NCBI GenBank assembly: GCA_963750165.1
Contig: CAVVPN010000003.1
Coordinates: 2,944,001-3,008,000, forward strand
Length of the DNA stretch: 64,000 nt
From: an uncultured Gemmataceae bacterium
Lineage (GTDB): Bacteria > Planctomycetota > Planctomycetia > Gemmatales > Gemmataceae
Direction of reading: 5' to 3'
The translations under genes and the position numbers were made by a program. This document shows, one piece after another, positions 10,951 to 21,846 of this stretch; within the stretch, counting starts at the first letter, position 1; each line of letters opens with the position of its first letter. The notes below the pieces were generated by a model that was not told the DNA's origin, did not search any database, and worked only from the letters and a program-made list of their open reading frames with translations.

Positions 10951-12384
10951 TCAGAACTGATTGTCGTTCAAGACCGTACCCGTCGTGGCGCTGTCCTGGA
11001 AGAAGTTGCCGAGAGCATTGTTTTGCGCCAGGCTATAGCTGATCGTGTCGTTCGTCGCGCCATAAAGGGCGAAGCCGTAACCACCATTGTTTTGCGCCTG
11101 GCACTGGGTGATCGTGTTGTAGCTGCCGTCATGGTCGGCGATGCCGTTTTGGCCGTCCATGTTGGTCTGGTTGTTGCTCAGCGTGTTGTTTGAGGCGTTC
11201 TGAAGGGTGATGCCGTCAAGACCGTTGCCTTGCATTTGGTTGTTGATGATGGTGTTGTAGTTGCTGTTGTTGTTCCCGAAGGGGCCGACGTACAGGCCGC
11301 TGCCGGTGTTGTTCATGACCTGGTTGTTCGCCACGGTGTTGTAGCTGGAGCCTTGCACGGTGATGGCGTCACCGGTGACGGTGGAGTCGGGGCTCTGGCT
11401 GCCGACGCCGGAGACCTGGTTGTTCTGCACGACATTGTTACTGGAGTTGGTCAGGATGATGCCGTCGAAGGCGGTATTCGTGATCCGGTTGTTCTGAATC
11501 TGAACGTTCGAGGACTGCTGCGCCTCGATGGCCGATTCGTCGTTGGTCAGGGTGTTGTTGGTGACGGTCGTCGCCACGGTGGTGTTGAAAATCTCAATGC
11601 CCAGCGCGACAGTGTCGGCGCTGAAGTCGAAATAGCTGTTGGTGATGGTGTTGTTCTGGACCTGCCCCGACGCGCCGTTACTGACCTGAATGCCGTTCTG
11701 GGACACCGTCAAGAGCCCATTCGGGTTGGTGGTGGACCCGGTGACGATGTTGTTCTGAACGGTGGCGTGCGAGCCCGTGCCATCGACGATGATGCCGCCC
11801 TTGTTGTAGTTCAGGATTTTCAGATTTTGGAGCGTGGCGCTCCCGGTCGTGGGTGTGCCGAGGAGGGCGCCGTTGTCGCCGACGCGGATGCCGAAGCCGA
11901 GCTGGTTCTGGCCGTTGTTGAACGTGTTCTGGACGGTGACCTGTTGGATCTGGGCCGAAGCGCCGCCGATGACGCGGATGCCCGCGTCAAAGACCTGCCC
12001 GTTGCCGTCCACCACCAGGTTCTGGACCAGGACGCCGGTGGGGCCGTTGATGTCCAGGACAGCCCCAGTGCTCGAAATGCCGGCGGGGGCCTCGATGATG
12101 ACCCGGTTGGAGGTTTGCCCCATGATGTGGAGGTTGTTCAGCTGCACGCCGGCACTGTTCCTGGAAATAACCGCGTCCTGGGTGTACGTCCCGTTAGCAA
12201 GCACGATGTTATCGCCGGGGTTAGCCGCGTTCACGGCCGCCTGGATGGTGGCATATTGCGCGGGGACGTTGAGGTTGGCGGGAACCCAGCGGCCCTCCAG
12301 GCCCTCGACCTGTGGACGGAACGTGATCCCCGGGCGCCGCTTGGGGGAAGCCTGGAACAATTTCCGAACCGTTGCAATAATCAT
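10951..12384 (-). CDS. Secreted right-handed parallel beta-helix protein, paralog of the adjacent gene
   Basis: FRPQVEGLEGRWVPA, YATIQAAV...GDNIVLANGTY, Asn-ladder repeats. Shares GIRVGDNG / KGGII.DG / QNG.QV with 9185..10594. Confidence 0.85.
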   Translation of the reverse strand: MIIATVRKLFQASPKRRPGITFRPQVEGLEGRWVPANLNVPAQYATIQAAVNAANPGDNIVLANGTYTQDAVISRNSAGVQLNNLHIMGQTSNRVIIEAPAGISSTGAVLDINGPTGVLVQNLVVDGNGQVFDAGIRVIGGASAQIQQVTVQNTFNNGQNQLGFGIRVGDNGALLGTPTTGSATLQNLKILNYNKGGIIVDGTGSHATVQNNIVTGSTTNPNGLLTVSQNGIQVSNGASGQVQNNTITNSYFDFSADTVALGIEIFNTTVATTVTNNTLTNDESAIEAQQSSNVQIQNNRITNTAFDGIILTNSSNNVVQNNQVSGVGSQSPDSTVTGDAITVQGSSYNTVANNQVMNNTGSGLYVGPFGNNNSNYNTIINNQMQGNGLDGITLQNASNNTLSNNQTNMDGQNGIADHDGSYNTITQCQAQNNGGYGFALYGATNDTISYSLAQNNALGNFFQDSATTGTVLNDNQF

Positions 12385-12538
12385 TCTGCAATCTCCTTAC
12401 AAGCTTGTGAACCAGGGGCGCCGATGAAGGGCGGTCAAATTGATGAAGAGAAAGTTTATCGGCTGATTAAGTTAACGCAGTTAAGATTTGGGAAAATAAC
12501 CAGGTGAGCGCGACTGAGCAAAAAATGCCGCCACGCCC

Positions 12539-15241
12539 TCAATCGCCCCCGGCGATCCGTTCCTGTAACGCCCGGTATAGGTCCCTGGCTTCGTTATGAT
12601 TGGGCTCTTGCCGGAGCACGCCAGCCAACTCCTGACTGGCCTCCTTGAGTTGGCCGGCCTGACTCAGTAACTGGGCGTACTCGAAGCGCCAGGCGGTCCT
12701 GTCCGGGGCCAGCGCCACCGCCTCGCGAAAGGCTCGCAGGGCCGGGGCTGTCTGGCCGAGCAGCAAATAACATTGCGCCCGCGCATACCCGCCTTCCGCC
12801 GTCAGCGCCCCTGGCGGTCGAACTGGCGCAGGGCCGCTTCCAGGTAAGGCCGCTGAGCCTCCGCCACATCGGGGCGGTCGTTCTGCAGCAGGGCGGCCTG
12901 ATAGAGCAAAAGCGGGTCCGGGGGGATGACCTGCTCCGCCACCGCGGCCGGTGTCAGGTGCTGCCCCGCCTGCGCGACGATGGTCGCCAAAAACTTCGGC
13001 GAACACTCCAGAGAACGCCGCCAGCTGGGCCAGGCTTCTGCCGCCCCCCCGTCTTCCAGAGCCCGGGCGCCGCGCACGAACCAGGCACGTTCGTCCTGCG
13101 GCATTAACTGGGTCGCCCGGCGCAGGTAGACGGCGGGCGTGTCGGCGTGGGCCAGCAGCTCCGTGTGGCTGGCGAGGCGGATGTTCGGCCAGCCCAGCAG
13201 CGGACACAGATTCCGCGCCCGCGCGTAGCTCAGCAGCGCTGGCTTCAAATACTCCTCACGGTCCCGGTCGCGCGCCGGCCGATCCGCCTCCCGGGCCGCG
13301 GCGTCGCGGAGCGCCGCGCCGGCCGCCCACGACAGGGCCGGCGGACAGCAGGGCGTCATGGTCGCCAGGACGCCGCCACCCCACACCACCTCGGCCGCCT
13401 GCCGCAATCGGGCCTGGCGCGCCCGGGCCGTCTCGTCCTTCTCGAAAGCGTCGTAATTGGCCTCGGCCAGGCTCAGCCACAGCAGCGCGTTGTCCGGGGC
13501 CAGGCGGACGGCCGCCCGCAGGTAACGCCGGCGTCGGGCCTGATCCGCGGCGTTCGGCGACGCCTGGCAGCGCTCCGCGGCCAACCGGTAGCGCTCGGCC
13601 CGATCCGCATTCCAGCCCTCGTGAACCAGGACCAGCCCGGCCACCACCGCCGCCGCCACGCCCACCAGCGGCGCCAGGCCGCCGAGCGTGTGCGTCCCCT
13701 CGGCCTCCGACGGCCCGGGCCGCGCGCTCGGCTCCGGAATCTTCCGGACGCTCAACTGCGCGGCGATCACCGTTGCCAGCAGGGTGACCGCGGGGATATG
13801 TAGCCCGTAGTCGAAGAAGCCGTGGACCGTTACCGTGGTCAGAGCGAAGAAGGCGCCGAGCCACAGGCCGGCAATCCGCGACCCGCGCAGCCGGCGGAAG
13901 GCCCGGCCGCCGAGCCAGTAAATCAGGCCCACCGCCGCGACCGCCAGGATCACGCCGACCGTGCCCCCTTCCAGGAGCAGTTCCAACCAGTCATTGTCAG
14001 CGTGCGCGAAATAGAAGTGTCGATCCTGACCGGGCGCCCGGGTCAACGGCTCCAGGTGGAAGAACGAGCCGAAGCCGGCGCCCCATACCGGGAAGTCCCA
14101 CCACAGGGTCAGCACCCGCGCCCACAGTCGTGGGCGGATTTCCTCCAGGGCGTCGCCGCGCCACAGCGTCCCCAGCCGCGCCTGCACCGCCTGGAAGGAC
14201 AGCCAGGCCACCAGGCCCACGGCGGCTGCGGCCACCAGCAGGCCGCCCCACACCTGCGGCGGACGGCGCCGCCGTGTCAGGGACAGGCCCAGGCACACGC
14301 CGCCGCCCGCCAGCAGCGCCACCAGGCCGCCCCGCGACAGGCAGATCGCCACCGCCGCGAGCATCAGCACCAGGGCAAGGCCGGCACACAGCACGCGCGG
14401 CCGCAGCAGCAGAGCCAACTCCCCCGGCCCGCCCGAACCGCCCGTCTCCCGGGCCGCTTCCGCATGTCTCAGGTACACCAGGACGCCGACGCCGAGCCCG
14501 ATACACAGGTTGGCGTAACAGGCGAAGTGATTGCGGTTGATGAACGGCCCGAACACCGTCCCTTGACTGGGCACCGACCAGTAGAGCAGGTTCTTTTGTG
14601 AGCTAAAAAACTGCAAGAGGCCGAACACCGACAGCAGCGCCCCGTTGACCAGGGCCGCCACCGCCAGCCGGCGCAGACAGTCGGGCGTGGTCAGGTTGTT
14701 CCGCACCACCGCGAACAGGACGACCACCGCCAGCAGTCCCACCAGGAACGAGCGCGTGCCCCCCGGGTACAGGCTGATGACCTGCCCCGCCGCGGCCCCG
14801 CCCGGGTCTACCGGCTCTCCCGCCGCGAACTGTTCCGGTGTGGCGGGGAGAAGTTCCCGGTGCAGGGCCGCTGTCCCGGGCGCGAGCACTTCGAGGACTG
14901 ATCTGGGCAGGGGGGTGATTTGCCAGACGCCCAGCAGGAACAGGCCGACCAGGCACACGAGGACTGGACAGCGCGCCCAGGTCACCCGCCACTCGACCGC
15001 CATGCGCAGCCCACAGCAGGAGCAGCGCCGCCAGGCCGACCGTCAGGAGTAGTTGTGCGAGTGGGTGAACGCTGCCGAACGCCCACGGGGAAAGGATGAC
15101 CAGCGCCAGAACGACAATTTCCATCGCCCCGCGGAGGTGGCGCAGCAGCCACGGGCGCAGCATCTCCCCAGGGGCGGACGGCAGGGCAGCGCGTTCGAGA
15201 GCCTTGGTCGGCACGAATGGTCCCGAAACCGGCGAGCGCAA
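12539..15241 (-). CDS. O-antigen ligase/Wzy_C-family membrane protein with C-terminal TPR; two apparent frameshifts (~15005, ~12810)
   Basis: LSPWAFGSVH (frame 1), GPFINRNHFA, SRGG, WGAGFGSF, HADNDWLELLLEGG (frame 2), TPR tail ALRAFREAVALAP...YAQLL (frame 3). Start uncertain. Confidence 0.8.
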
Positions 15242-15246
15242 TCAGA

Positions 15247-15615
15247 TCAAATGCCGGGCGAACCGCTCTTGTCGTGGGTGAAGCGCCAGTCGCTCAGAAC
15301 CTTCTCGGAGGCCCTGTCCGCAAAGGCGGCGCGGGAGTTGCCAACGGTGGGGGCGGCGTCGGTTTTGACGACATGAAGGCCGTTGCTGACGGCGTCGTCC
15401 GACGCCTCAATGGCCGTCTGCTCGTCCGAGCCCTGGCCCCAGGTCGCGATGGTGCTGGCGGCGAGAACCGGAACCGACAACAGCAGGATTGCGGTCAGAA
15501 GGCCGCCCACCGTCACCAGCACACGCTTGCTTTTCTGTTGCACGAGACACTCCTGGCTCAAAGAAAAAGAACCCAAACCTGCTGGCGGGGGTAAGCGGGC
15601 GTACAGCAAACCCAT
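15247..15615 (-). CDS. Small hypothetical protein, possibly secreted
   Basis: Fills the gap in a co-oriented operon and has a hydrophobic stretch VTVGGLLTAILLLSVPVLA. No recognisable family; start uncertain. Confidence 0.35.
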   Translation of the reverse strand: MGLLYARLPPPAGLGSFSLSQECLVQQKSKRVLVTVGGLLTAILLLSVPVLAASTIATWGQGSDEQTAIEASDDAVSNGLHVVKTDAAPTVGNSRAAFADRASEKVLSDWRFTHDKSGSPGI

Positions 15616-16415
15616 GCAATCCCCCTACCATAACTAACGTAAACCGGGGCCGAGACGGACAGGCGGACCGCAATTTGCCCGGATCGCCCCGCATCCGAGC
15701 GTTTCGGATTCGCCGCAGGTTGTTTGGCCGCTTCGGCCAACCAGTCCAGGGCGTTCCGTTTGAGGAAATCGTGAATTTCGCGCAGGTGGGTGTAATACCC
15801 CTTGCCGGCGCTGGTGCCGCTGGCCACGCCGATCACCCGGCCCTGGCGGTCGAACAGCGGCCCACCGGAGCGGCCGCGCACCTGGGCCTTCGCCGTCTCC
15901 CAGCTTTGCACCGCCTCCGCCGCGCCTGGCCGACGGATCATCGGGACCGCCTGCACCACATCGAGCAGCGGCTGCGGTTCGCCGCCGAGCCGGCAGCCGA
16001 CGGCCAGCACGGCAAAGCCCTTGCCAACGGGCGCCTGCTTCAGCGGACAGAGCGCCGCGACGGGCAGGGTGTCGCGTGTCGCCACGCGCAGCACGGCCAG
16101 GTCGGTGCGGGCGTCGCGGGCCAGCACCACCGCCCCCTTGTACACCTTCGCCTCCTTCGGATACGAGGCGGCCGAGAAGACGTAAATGTTCAGTTGCTTC
16201 GCCTTATCGACCACATGGTTCGCCGTCAGCACGTAGGCGTATGGTCCCTCGCGGTGGAGCAGGACACCGCTGCCGTCGGACCCAGCGCTGACGTTGGCAA
16301 CGCGGACGGTGGCGGTCACGGCGGCCTGCTGCACGGGTTTCGTGAAGTCCTTCGACTCCAGCGTGGGCACCTGGGCCGCGGACAGACACAGCAGCAACCA
16401 GAGCATTATCATCAC
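15558..16415 (-). CDS. Trypsin-like (S1) serine protease with signal peptide
   Basis: Catalytic triad motifs GSG...LTANHVV, DLAVLR, GRSGGPLF. Confidence 0.85.
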   Translation of the reverse strand: MMIMLWLLLCLSAAQVPTLESKDFTKPVQQAAVTATVRVANVSAGSDGSGVLLHREGPYAYVLTANHVVDKAKQLNIYVFSAASYPKEAKVYKGAVVLARDARTDLAVLRVATRDTLPVAALCPLKQAPVGKGFAVLAVGCRLGGEPQPLLDVVQAVPMIRRPGAAEAVQSWETAKAQVRGRSGGPLFDRQGRVIGVASGTSAGKGYYTHLREIHDFLKRNALDWLAEAAKQPAANPKRSDAGRSGQIAVRLSVSAPVYVSYGRGIAWVCCTPAYPRQQVWVLFL

Positions 16416-17548
16416 GCAGTCCTCCCGGTGGCGCCGGCACGCAGGGTGCCCAGGATTTGGGCCAGTTGTCTCATGCGGGCGGCCGGCTCCGAGACGGCCC
16501 GCGCTCGCGCCGGTGCGGCGGCCCCCAGTCGGCGGCGCTGGTCCGTGTCCTCGATGAGCCAGGCCAGAGCGTCGGCCAGCCGCTGCGGGTCGTCGGGCGG
16601 CACCAGCACGCCGCAGCTGTCATCGACGATTTCCAGGGCCCCGCCCAGCGCCGTGGTGACCACCGGCAGGCCGGCGTACAGGGCCTCGACAAAGGCGATG
16701 CCGAACGGCTCGGGGCTCAGGTTCGGCTGGCAATGAATGTCCGCGGCGGCCAGCAGCTGCGGCACGTCGGCACGCTGGCCCAGGAACTGCACGCGCCCGG
16801 CCAACCCCGCCTGTCGGGCCTGCGTCTCCAGCCCGGCGCGGTAGTGCTGCTCCTCCGGCCGCTGAGCGCCGCCCGCCACCCAGCACACCCAACCGGGCAG
16901 GTGCTGCAGCCGGGCCAGGGCCTGCAACAGTAGCGTGTGGCCCTTCCACGCCTCCAGGCGGCTGGTCTGGATGATGACCGTGGCCTTGGGTGGCGTACCC
17001 AGCGCGGCCCGCACAGCGGCGCGGCAGCCGGCGCGGTCGGCCAGCTCGGGGGCGGACACGGGCGGGTACACCACCTCACTCCGACAGGCCGGGAACAGGT
17101 GCTCGGCAATCGACTGCTGGGTGACGCTGCTGTTCGCCAGCACGAGGTCCGGGCGCGTGCGGCGGGCCCAGCGTTCCAGCCAGTGGCCGTCGCCCTGCAG
17201 TCCGTGGCCGCCGAACACCAGCGGCAGCCCGGCGGCCCGCACCACCGGGGCGAACACGGCGTGCGGCCAGCAGGAGTGACAGACCACCGCGTCGAAGGCT
17301 CCCGAACCGAGAAGCCGGCGCAGACTGCGGCGGGCACGCCAGAGCGTCCACGGCCGGCTGACGCGCACCGGCCCCAGGAGGTGGACCGGGACGCCGGCGT
17401 CGCGCAGTTCCTGGCTCAGCCGGCCCTCGAAGCACAGGGCGAAGTGCGGCTCCATCTCGGGGCACAGCTCGCGGCACCGCGCCAGCGTCACCAGGAGGGT
17501 TTCCAGGCCGCCGTGGAGGTTGCCGGCGTTCAGGTGCAGGATGCGCAT
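16412..17548 (-). CDS. Glycosyltransferase family 4
   Basis: MRILHLNAGNLHGGLE, SRLEAWKGH, PEPFGIAFVEALYAGLPVV. Confidence 0.9.
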   Translation of the reverse strand: MRILHLNAGNLHGGLETLLVTLARCRELCPEMEPHFALCFEGRLSQELRDAGVPVHLLGPVRVSRPWTLWRARRSLRRLLGSGAFDAVVCHSCWPHAVFAPVVRAAGLPLVFGGHGLQGDGHWLERWARRTRPDLVLANSSVTQQSIAEHLFPACRSEVVYPPVSAPELADRAGCRAAVRAALGTPPKATVIIQTSRLEAWKGHTLLLQALARLQHLPGWVCWVAGGAQRPEEQHYRAGLETQARQAGLAGRVQFLGQRADVPQLLAAADIHCQPNLSPEPFGIAFVEALYAGLPVVTTALGGALEIVDDSCGVLVPPDDPQRLADALAWLIEDTDQRRRLGAAAPARARAVSEPAARMRQLAQILGTLRAGATGRTA

Positions 17549-18756
17549 GGTTGCCTTTGATAGCGTGAAACCGTCACCCGCCGGTACACCTCCAGACTGC
17601 GGCGCGCCATGAGCCGCGCATCGAACTCCGCGGCGGCGCGGGCGCGGCCGTTGGCCGCCAGGCGCTCGCGCAGGCCGGGCTCGTCGAGCAACCGCCGGGC
17701 CGCGGCCGCCAGCGCCGGCGGATCATCGACCGGAACGGTCAACCCCGTCTCCTCGTGCCGGCTGACCCAGGCGACGCCGCTGGCCGGTATGGCCGTGTTC
17801 AGGACCGGACAGCCGCTGGCCAGCGCCTCCACCTGTACCAGACCGAACGCCTCGCTGCGGGCGTTGCTCGGGAACCACAATGCCGTCGCCGCCCGGTAAG
17901 CGCCCGCCAGGTCACGGTCGCTGAGCCGCGGCCGCCAGACCACGCGGTCGGCCACGCCCAGGGTGCCGGCCAGCTGCCGCAGTTCGCCTTCCAGAGGCCC
18001 GGTGCCGACCACGAGCAACCGCCCCGGCACCTCGCGCAGGGCGCGCAGGGCGTTATGCAGCCCTTTGTAGTAGACCAACCGGCCGACCGCCAGCCACAGC
18101 GGTTGTCCGTGGGTCGCCCGCCATTCCGCCGCCGCCGCGCAGACCTCCGCAGCCGGGTGCAGATACGGACTCACCTCGATCCCAAACGGCAGCACGCGAA
18201 CCTTGTGCCGATGCGCCTGCAGCAGTGCGGAGCCGGCGGCGTAGGTCGGCGAGGTGGCGAGGACGGCGCCGGCCCGGCGGAACACGCGGTCCTCGAACGG
18301 CCGCACCAGCTTCGCCAGGCGCTGCTGGTTGATGACATCGCTGTGGTAGGTGATGACCAGGGGCGTCCGCGACCGCTGCACCGCCAGCGGCAGCAGCATG
18401 GTCGGATTGGGCACGTGCAGGTGGAGCACGTCCGCTTCCAGCTGCTCCAGCAGCCGCGGCAGATCGGCGCACACATCCAGCCGTGCCAGGGAGGCCCAGC
18501 GGCCAACGCGCGTCACCCGTACACGACCGAGGCGCTCGCGCACCGTGCGGGTGCGGGCGAAGGTCGCGAAGGTCACGTCCCGGCCGGCGGCGTCCTGGTG
18601 GTTGACGCACAGCACCTGCACGTCCGCACCCAAGGCCGCCTGGGCCTGGGTCAGGGTAAACAGGTGCGTCTCGATGCCGCCGCACGCCGGCGGGTAGAAC
18701 TTGCCCAGGTGACAGACCCGCACACCGCAGCCCGGCAGGTCTTCCGCGTCTTCCAA
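17530..18756 (-). CDS. Glycosyltransferase family 4
   Basis: HLGKFYPP..GGIE, VGRLVYYKG, RSEAFGLVQVEALASG. Start uncertain. Confidence 0.9.
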   Translation of the reverse strand: MEDAEDLPGCGVRVCHLGKFYPPACGGIETHLFTLTQAQAALGADVQVLCVNHQDAAGRDVTFATFARTRTVRERLGRVRVTRVGRWASLARLDVCADLPRLLEQLEADVLHLHVPNPTMLLPLAVQRSRTPLVITYHSDVINQQRLAKLVRPFEDRVFRRAGAVLATSPTYAAGSALLQAHRHKVRVLPFGIEVSPYLHPAAEVCAAAAEWRATHGQPLWLAVGRLVYYKGLHNALRALREVPGRLLVVGTGPLEGELRQLAGTLGVADRVVWRPRLSDRDLAGAYRAATALWFPSNARSEAFGLVQVEALASGCPVLNTAIPASGVAWVSRHEETGLTVPVDDPPALAAAARRLLDEPGLRERLAANGRARAAAEFDARLMARRSLEVYRRVTVSRYQRQPCASCT

Positions 18757-18941
18757 AACAGCACCCCTTGCTCAAACCCCCGGCACACCAACTTGAACAA
18801 AAACCCTGGCAAATCCGGCTGCCCAGCGCGAGCCGGCCGGACAACTATTAAACCCGTCACGACGCTCCCGCCGATAAAAGTTTGTGGGGCCAGAGTGCGT
18901 CGCAGGTGCGTGTCGCCGAACAGCCTGTCAGCGAGTGACGA

Positions 18942-19571
18942 ATGATGAGACCGCATCCGCTGCTCTGTTTTCTCGTGCTCGCGGCCCTGAACACCGGCTG
19001 TTCGTTCTTCGTGTTCGCCGCCCGCAACATGGTCGAGTCGCCGCTGAAGGCCATCGACTACTGTCTGGAAAAGCGGCGTTTCGTCGCCTGGGCTCAGGAG
19101 GCCTGGGCCAAAATTCAGGCTGCCGACCCCGACCACCATTACTCGAACGACTACGCTCGCGGCTTCATCGACGGCTACGTTGATTTCATCGACGCGGACG
19201 GCGTCGGCGAGCCGCCGGTGGCTCCGCCGGATCGCTACCATTACTACCACCGCAACGCGACGCCAGAGGGCCTGGCCGCCATCCAGGACTGGTTCGCGGG
19301 CTTCCGCCACGGTGCCGCCGCGGCCAAGGCCAGCGGCCAGCGGGAGCTGGTCGTGCTCCCACTGAGCCTGCCGCCGCGCAAGCGCCCCGGCGACTACGGG
19401 CCGCCCTCGACCACCGCGTCCGGGGCGTCGTCGGCCCCGCAGCAACCGGTCGGGCCGTCCGCGCCGGCGGAGGTGGCACCGCCGCCGCGAAAAATGCCCG
19501 AGGTGGAGGAGATTCCGCTGCCCAAGAAGCTGCCGCCCGCGGCCGCCCAACCGCCGGCGGAAGCGCGCTAA
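18942..19571 (+). CDS. Hypothetical lipoprotein upstream of polysaccharide export gene
   Basis: Lipobox-like LNTGC, DYARGFIDGY...WFAGFRHGA core, Pro-rich tail. Confidence 0.7.
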   Translation: MMRPHPLLCFLVLAALNTGCSFFVFAARNMVESPLKAIDYCLEKRRFVAWAQEAWAKIQAADPDHHYSNDYARGFIDGYVDFIDADGVGEPPVAPPDRYHYYHRNATPEGLAAIQDWFAGFRHGAAAAKASGQRELVVLPLSLPPRKRPGDYGPPSTTASGASSAPQQPVGPSAPAEVAPPPRKMPEVEEIPLPKKLPPAAAQPPAEAR

Positions 19572-19600
19572 GCGGCCCAGGGTTACTCAGGAGAACTCGT

Positions 19601-20926
19601 ATGCGCTCCTCGTTGCGGGCCGCGTTGCTGGCGCTGCTCTGCGCCCTGGGCAGTGGGTGTGCCTCGTGGACCAATCCCGTCAACCAGGGGGTGCCCGTCC
19701 GCCGGCTGTCGTCGGAGTACCTGGTCAGTCCCAAGAGCGAGACCCGCACCATCCCGCTGAGCCTGCTGACCCGTCCGAAACCGGAGATCTACCGCCTGGA
19801 CGCCGGCGACGTGCTCGGCGTCTACATCGAGGGGGTGCTCGGCGACAAGCTGCAGCCCATCCCGGTGACCCTGCCGCAACCCGGCGTGAACCAGGCGCCG
19901 GCCCTGGGCTACCCGGTGCCGGTGCGCGAGGACGGCACCATTTCGCTGCCGCTAACCACCGCGCCCATCGACGTGCGCGGCCTGACCATCCCCGAGATCA
20001 CCGAACGGCTCATCAAGCTGTACACGTCGCGCAAGGACAAAGGCAAGCAGATTTTCGAACCGGGTTTTCAGCGCATCCTGGTGTCGCTGATACGACCGCG
20101 GATGATCCAGGTGCTGGTGGTGCGCCAGGACGCGGGCCCAAGCACACCGACCTACGCGGCCGGCAGCATCGTCGGCACGCAGCGGCGCGGCACCGGCCAG
20201 GTGCTGGACCTGCCCGCGGGCGAGAACGACGTGCTCAACGCCCTGACGCGCACCGGCGGCCTGCCGGGCTTCGACGCCGTCAACGAGGTCATCATTGAGC
20301 GCGGCTTCAACCGCGGGCAGGGCGGGACAGCCTTCCCGCCGAACTGCCCGATGCCGTCCGGCCCATCCGGCGGCGGCACCGGCCTGGGCGGCCAGGTGAT
20401 CCGCATCCCGTTGCGGCTGCGCGAGGGCGAACCGCCGCCATTCTCCCCCAACGACATCGTGTTGCAGAACGGCGACATCGTGTTCATCGAGGCCCGTGAC
20501 ACGGAGGTGTATTACACCGGTGGCCTGCTGGCGCCGCGCCAGTTCGTGCTGCCGCGCGACTATGACCTGCACGTCCTGGAGGCCATCGCCCTGGCCGGCG
20601 GCCCGCTGTACAACGGCATCATCGTGCAGAACAACCTGACCGGCAGCATCAACCAGAGCGGCATCGGCTCACCGAACCCGAGCCGCGTGTCAGTGCTGCG
20701 ACGGACCAAGCACCGCGGCCAGGTCGTCATTCAGGTGGACCTGAACCGCGCCGCCAACGACCCCCGCGAGAACATCATCTTGCAGGCTGGCGATGTCATC
20801 ATCTACCAGGAGTCGCTCGGCGAGTCGTTGACGCGGTATCTCATTACGGTGTTCCGCTTCAACATCCTGGGCACCCTGATTAACCAGCGCGACCTGACGG
20901 CCACCGTCAACGGCAACCTGCCGTGA
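19601..20926 (+). CDS. Polysaccharide biosynthesis/export lipoprotein (Wza-like, Poly_export + SLBB)
   Basis: LGSGC lipobox, YRLDAGDVLGV, VREDGTISLP...VRGLT, EAIALAGG, ILQAGDVI. Confidence 0.85.
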   Translation: MRSSLRAALLALLCALGSGCASWTNPVNQGVPVRRLSSEYLVSPKSETRTIPLSLLTRPKPEIYRLDAGDVLGVYIEGVLGDKLQPIPVTLPQPGVNQAPALGYPVPVREDGTISLPLTTAPIDVRGLTIPEITERLIKLYTSRKDKGKQIFEPGFQRILVSLIRPRMIQVLVVRQDAGPSTPTYAAGSIVGTQRRGTGQVLDLPAGENDVLNALTRTGGLPGFDAVNEVIIERGFNRGQGGTAFPPNCPMPSGPSGGGTGLGGQVIRIPLRLREGEPPPFSPNDIVLQNGDIVFIEARDTEVYYTGGLLAPRQFVLPRDYDLHVLEAIALAGGPLYNGIIVQNNLTGSINQSGIGSPNPSRVSVLRRTKHRGQVVIQVDLNRAANDPRENIILQAGDVIIYQESLGESLTRYLITVFRFNILGTLINQRDLTATVNGNLP

Positions 20927-20936
20927 TCGGGGGGTC

Positions 20937-21004
20937 GGCGAGCGGCGCGGCGTCAGCCCGCCGTGGATCTCCAGACACGGCGGGCTGACGCCGCGCCGCT
21001 CGCC
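20937..21004. repeat. REP-like palindrome, family A
   Basis: 29-bp perfect inverted repeat GGCGAGCGGCGCGGCGTCAGCCCGCCGTG between convergent genes. Related copies at 28499 and 53590. Confidence 0.85.
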
Positions 21005-21010
21005 ACGAGT

Positions 21011-21793
21011 TCAGCGCAACGCCGGCAGCCACCACCAGCGCCGCGTCCGCGGTGCCGGCTCGGGCACCCGCAGCGGCAGACCGTGCAGGACCGCCATGCC
21101 GTGCGTACTGCACACACGGTCGGCGACTGCGACCCCGGCCCACGCGCCGATCTGCTGGTAGGCCGCCCGTAGCCGCGGCGGCCGCCGCCGCGGCGAGTGT
21201 CCATCCGAGCCAATCAGGTGAACCAGCCCGCGCCGGAACCAGTCGCGCAGGGCCCTGGCGTCCTCGGGGCCGCGCGGTTCGGTAACGCTGGCGGAGGACA
21301 CCTGCACCAGGCAGCCGTCGCCGACCAGTTCCTCGATGAGCCCCGGCACGTGCAGGAAGTCGCGTTCCCGTTCGGGGTGGGCGAGGATGACGCGCACCCC
21401 CGCCTGCCGCAGCGCCCGCACGGTCGGCCGCAGATCGACGAACACGCCGCGCGGCATCTCCAGCAGCACATACTGACCGCGGTCGCCGACACTCAGCAGC
21501 GTACCGGCGCGCCAGGCCGCCGCAGTGCCGGGGGCCGCCATGACCTCGGCACAGGGAAACACGCTCATCGTGTTGCCCGCGGCGGTGAGCGCCTGTCGCA
21601 GTTCGGTGGTCGCCTGGCGGATGCGCTCGGGCGTGACCGCAGGCCAGCGCTCGTTTTGATGGGCCGTGGCCGACATCATGCCGACGCCCTCGGCGCGGGC
21701 CATCGCGCACATGCCCAGGGCGTCCTCCAGGGTTTTCGGCCCGTCGTCCATACCGGCCAGCAGGTGGCAGTGAATGTCAACCAACGGGATCAT
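21011..21793 (-). CDS. PHP-family protein-tyrosine phosphatase (CpsB/CapC type)
   Basis: DIHCHLL.GMDDG, ATAH, LLEMP, LAHPER, GSDGH. Confidence 0.92.
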   Translation of the reverse strand: MIPLVDIHCHLLAGMDDGPKTLEDALGMCAMARAEGVGMMSATAHQNERWPAVTPERIRQATTELRQALTAAGNTMSVFPCAEVMAAPGTAAAWRAGTLLSVGDRGQYVLLEMPRGVFVDLRPTVRALRQAGVRVILAHPERERDFLHVPGLIEELVGDGCLVQVSSASVTEPRGPEDARALRDWFRRGLVHLIGSDGHSPRRRPPRLRAAYQQIGAWAGVAVADRVCSTHGMAVLHGLPLRVPEPAPRTRRWWWLPALR

Positions 21794-21846
21794 GTTCCTC
21801 CCTCGCTCGCGCCAGGTCGCCAGCGGCTCGGACAGTGCGCTGCCCG

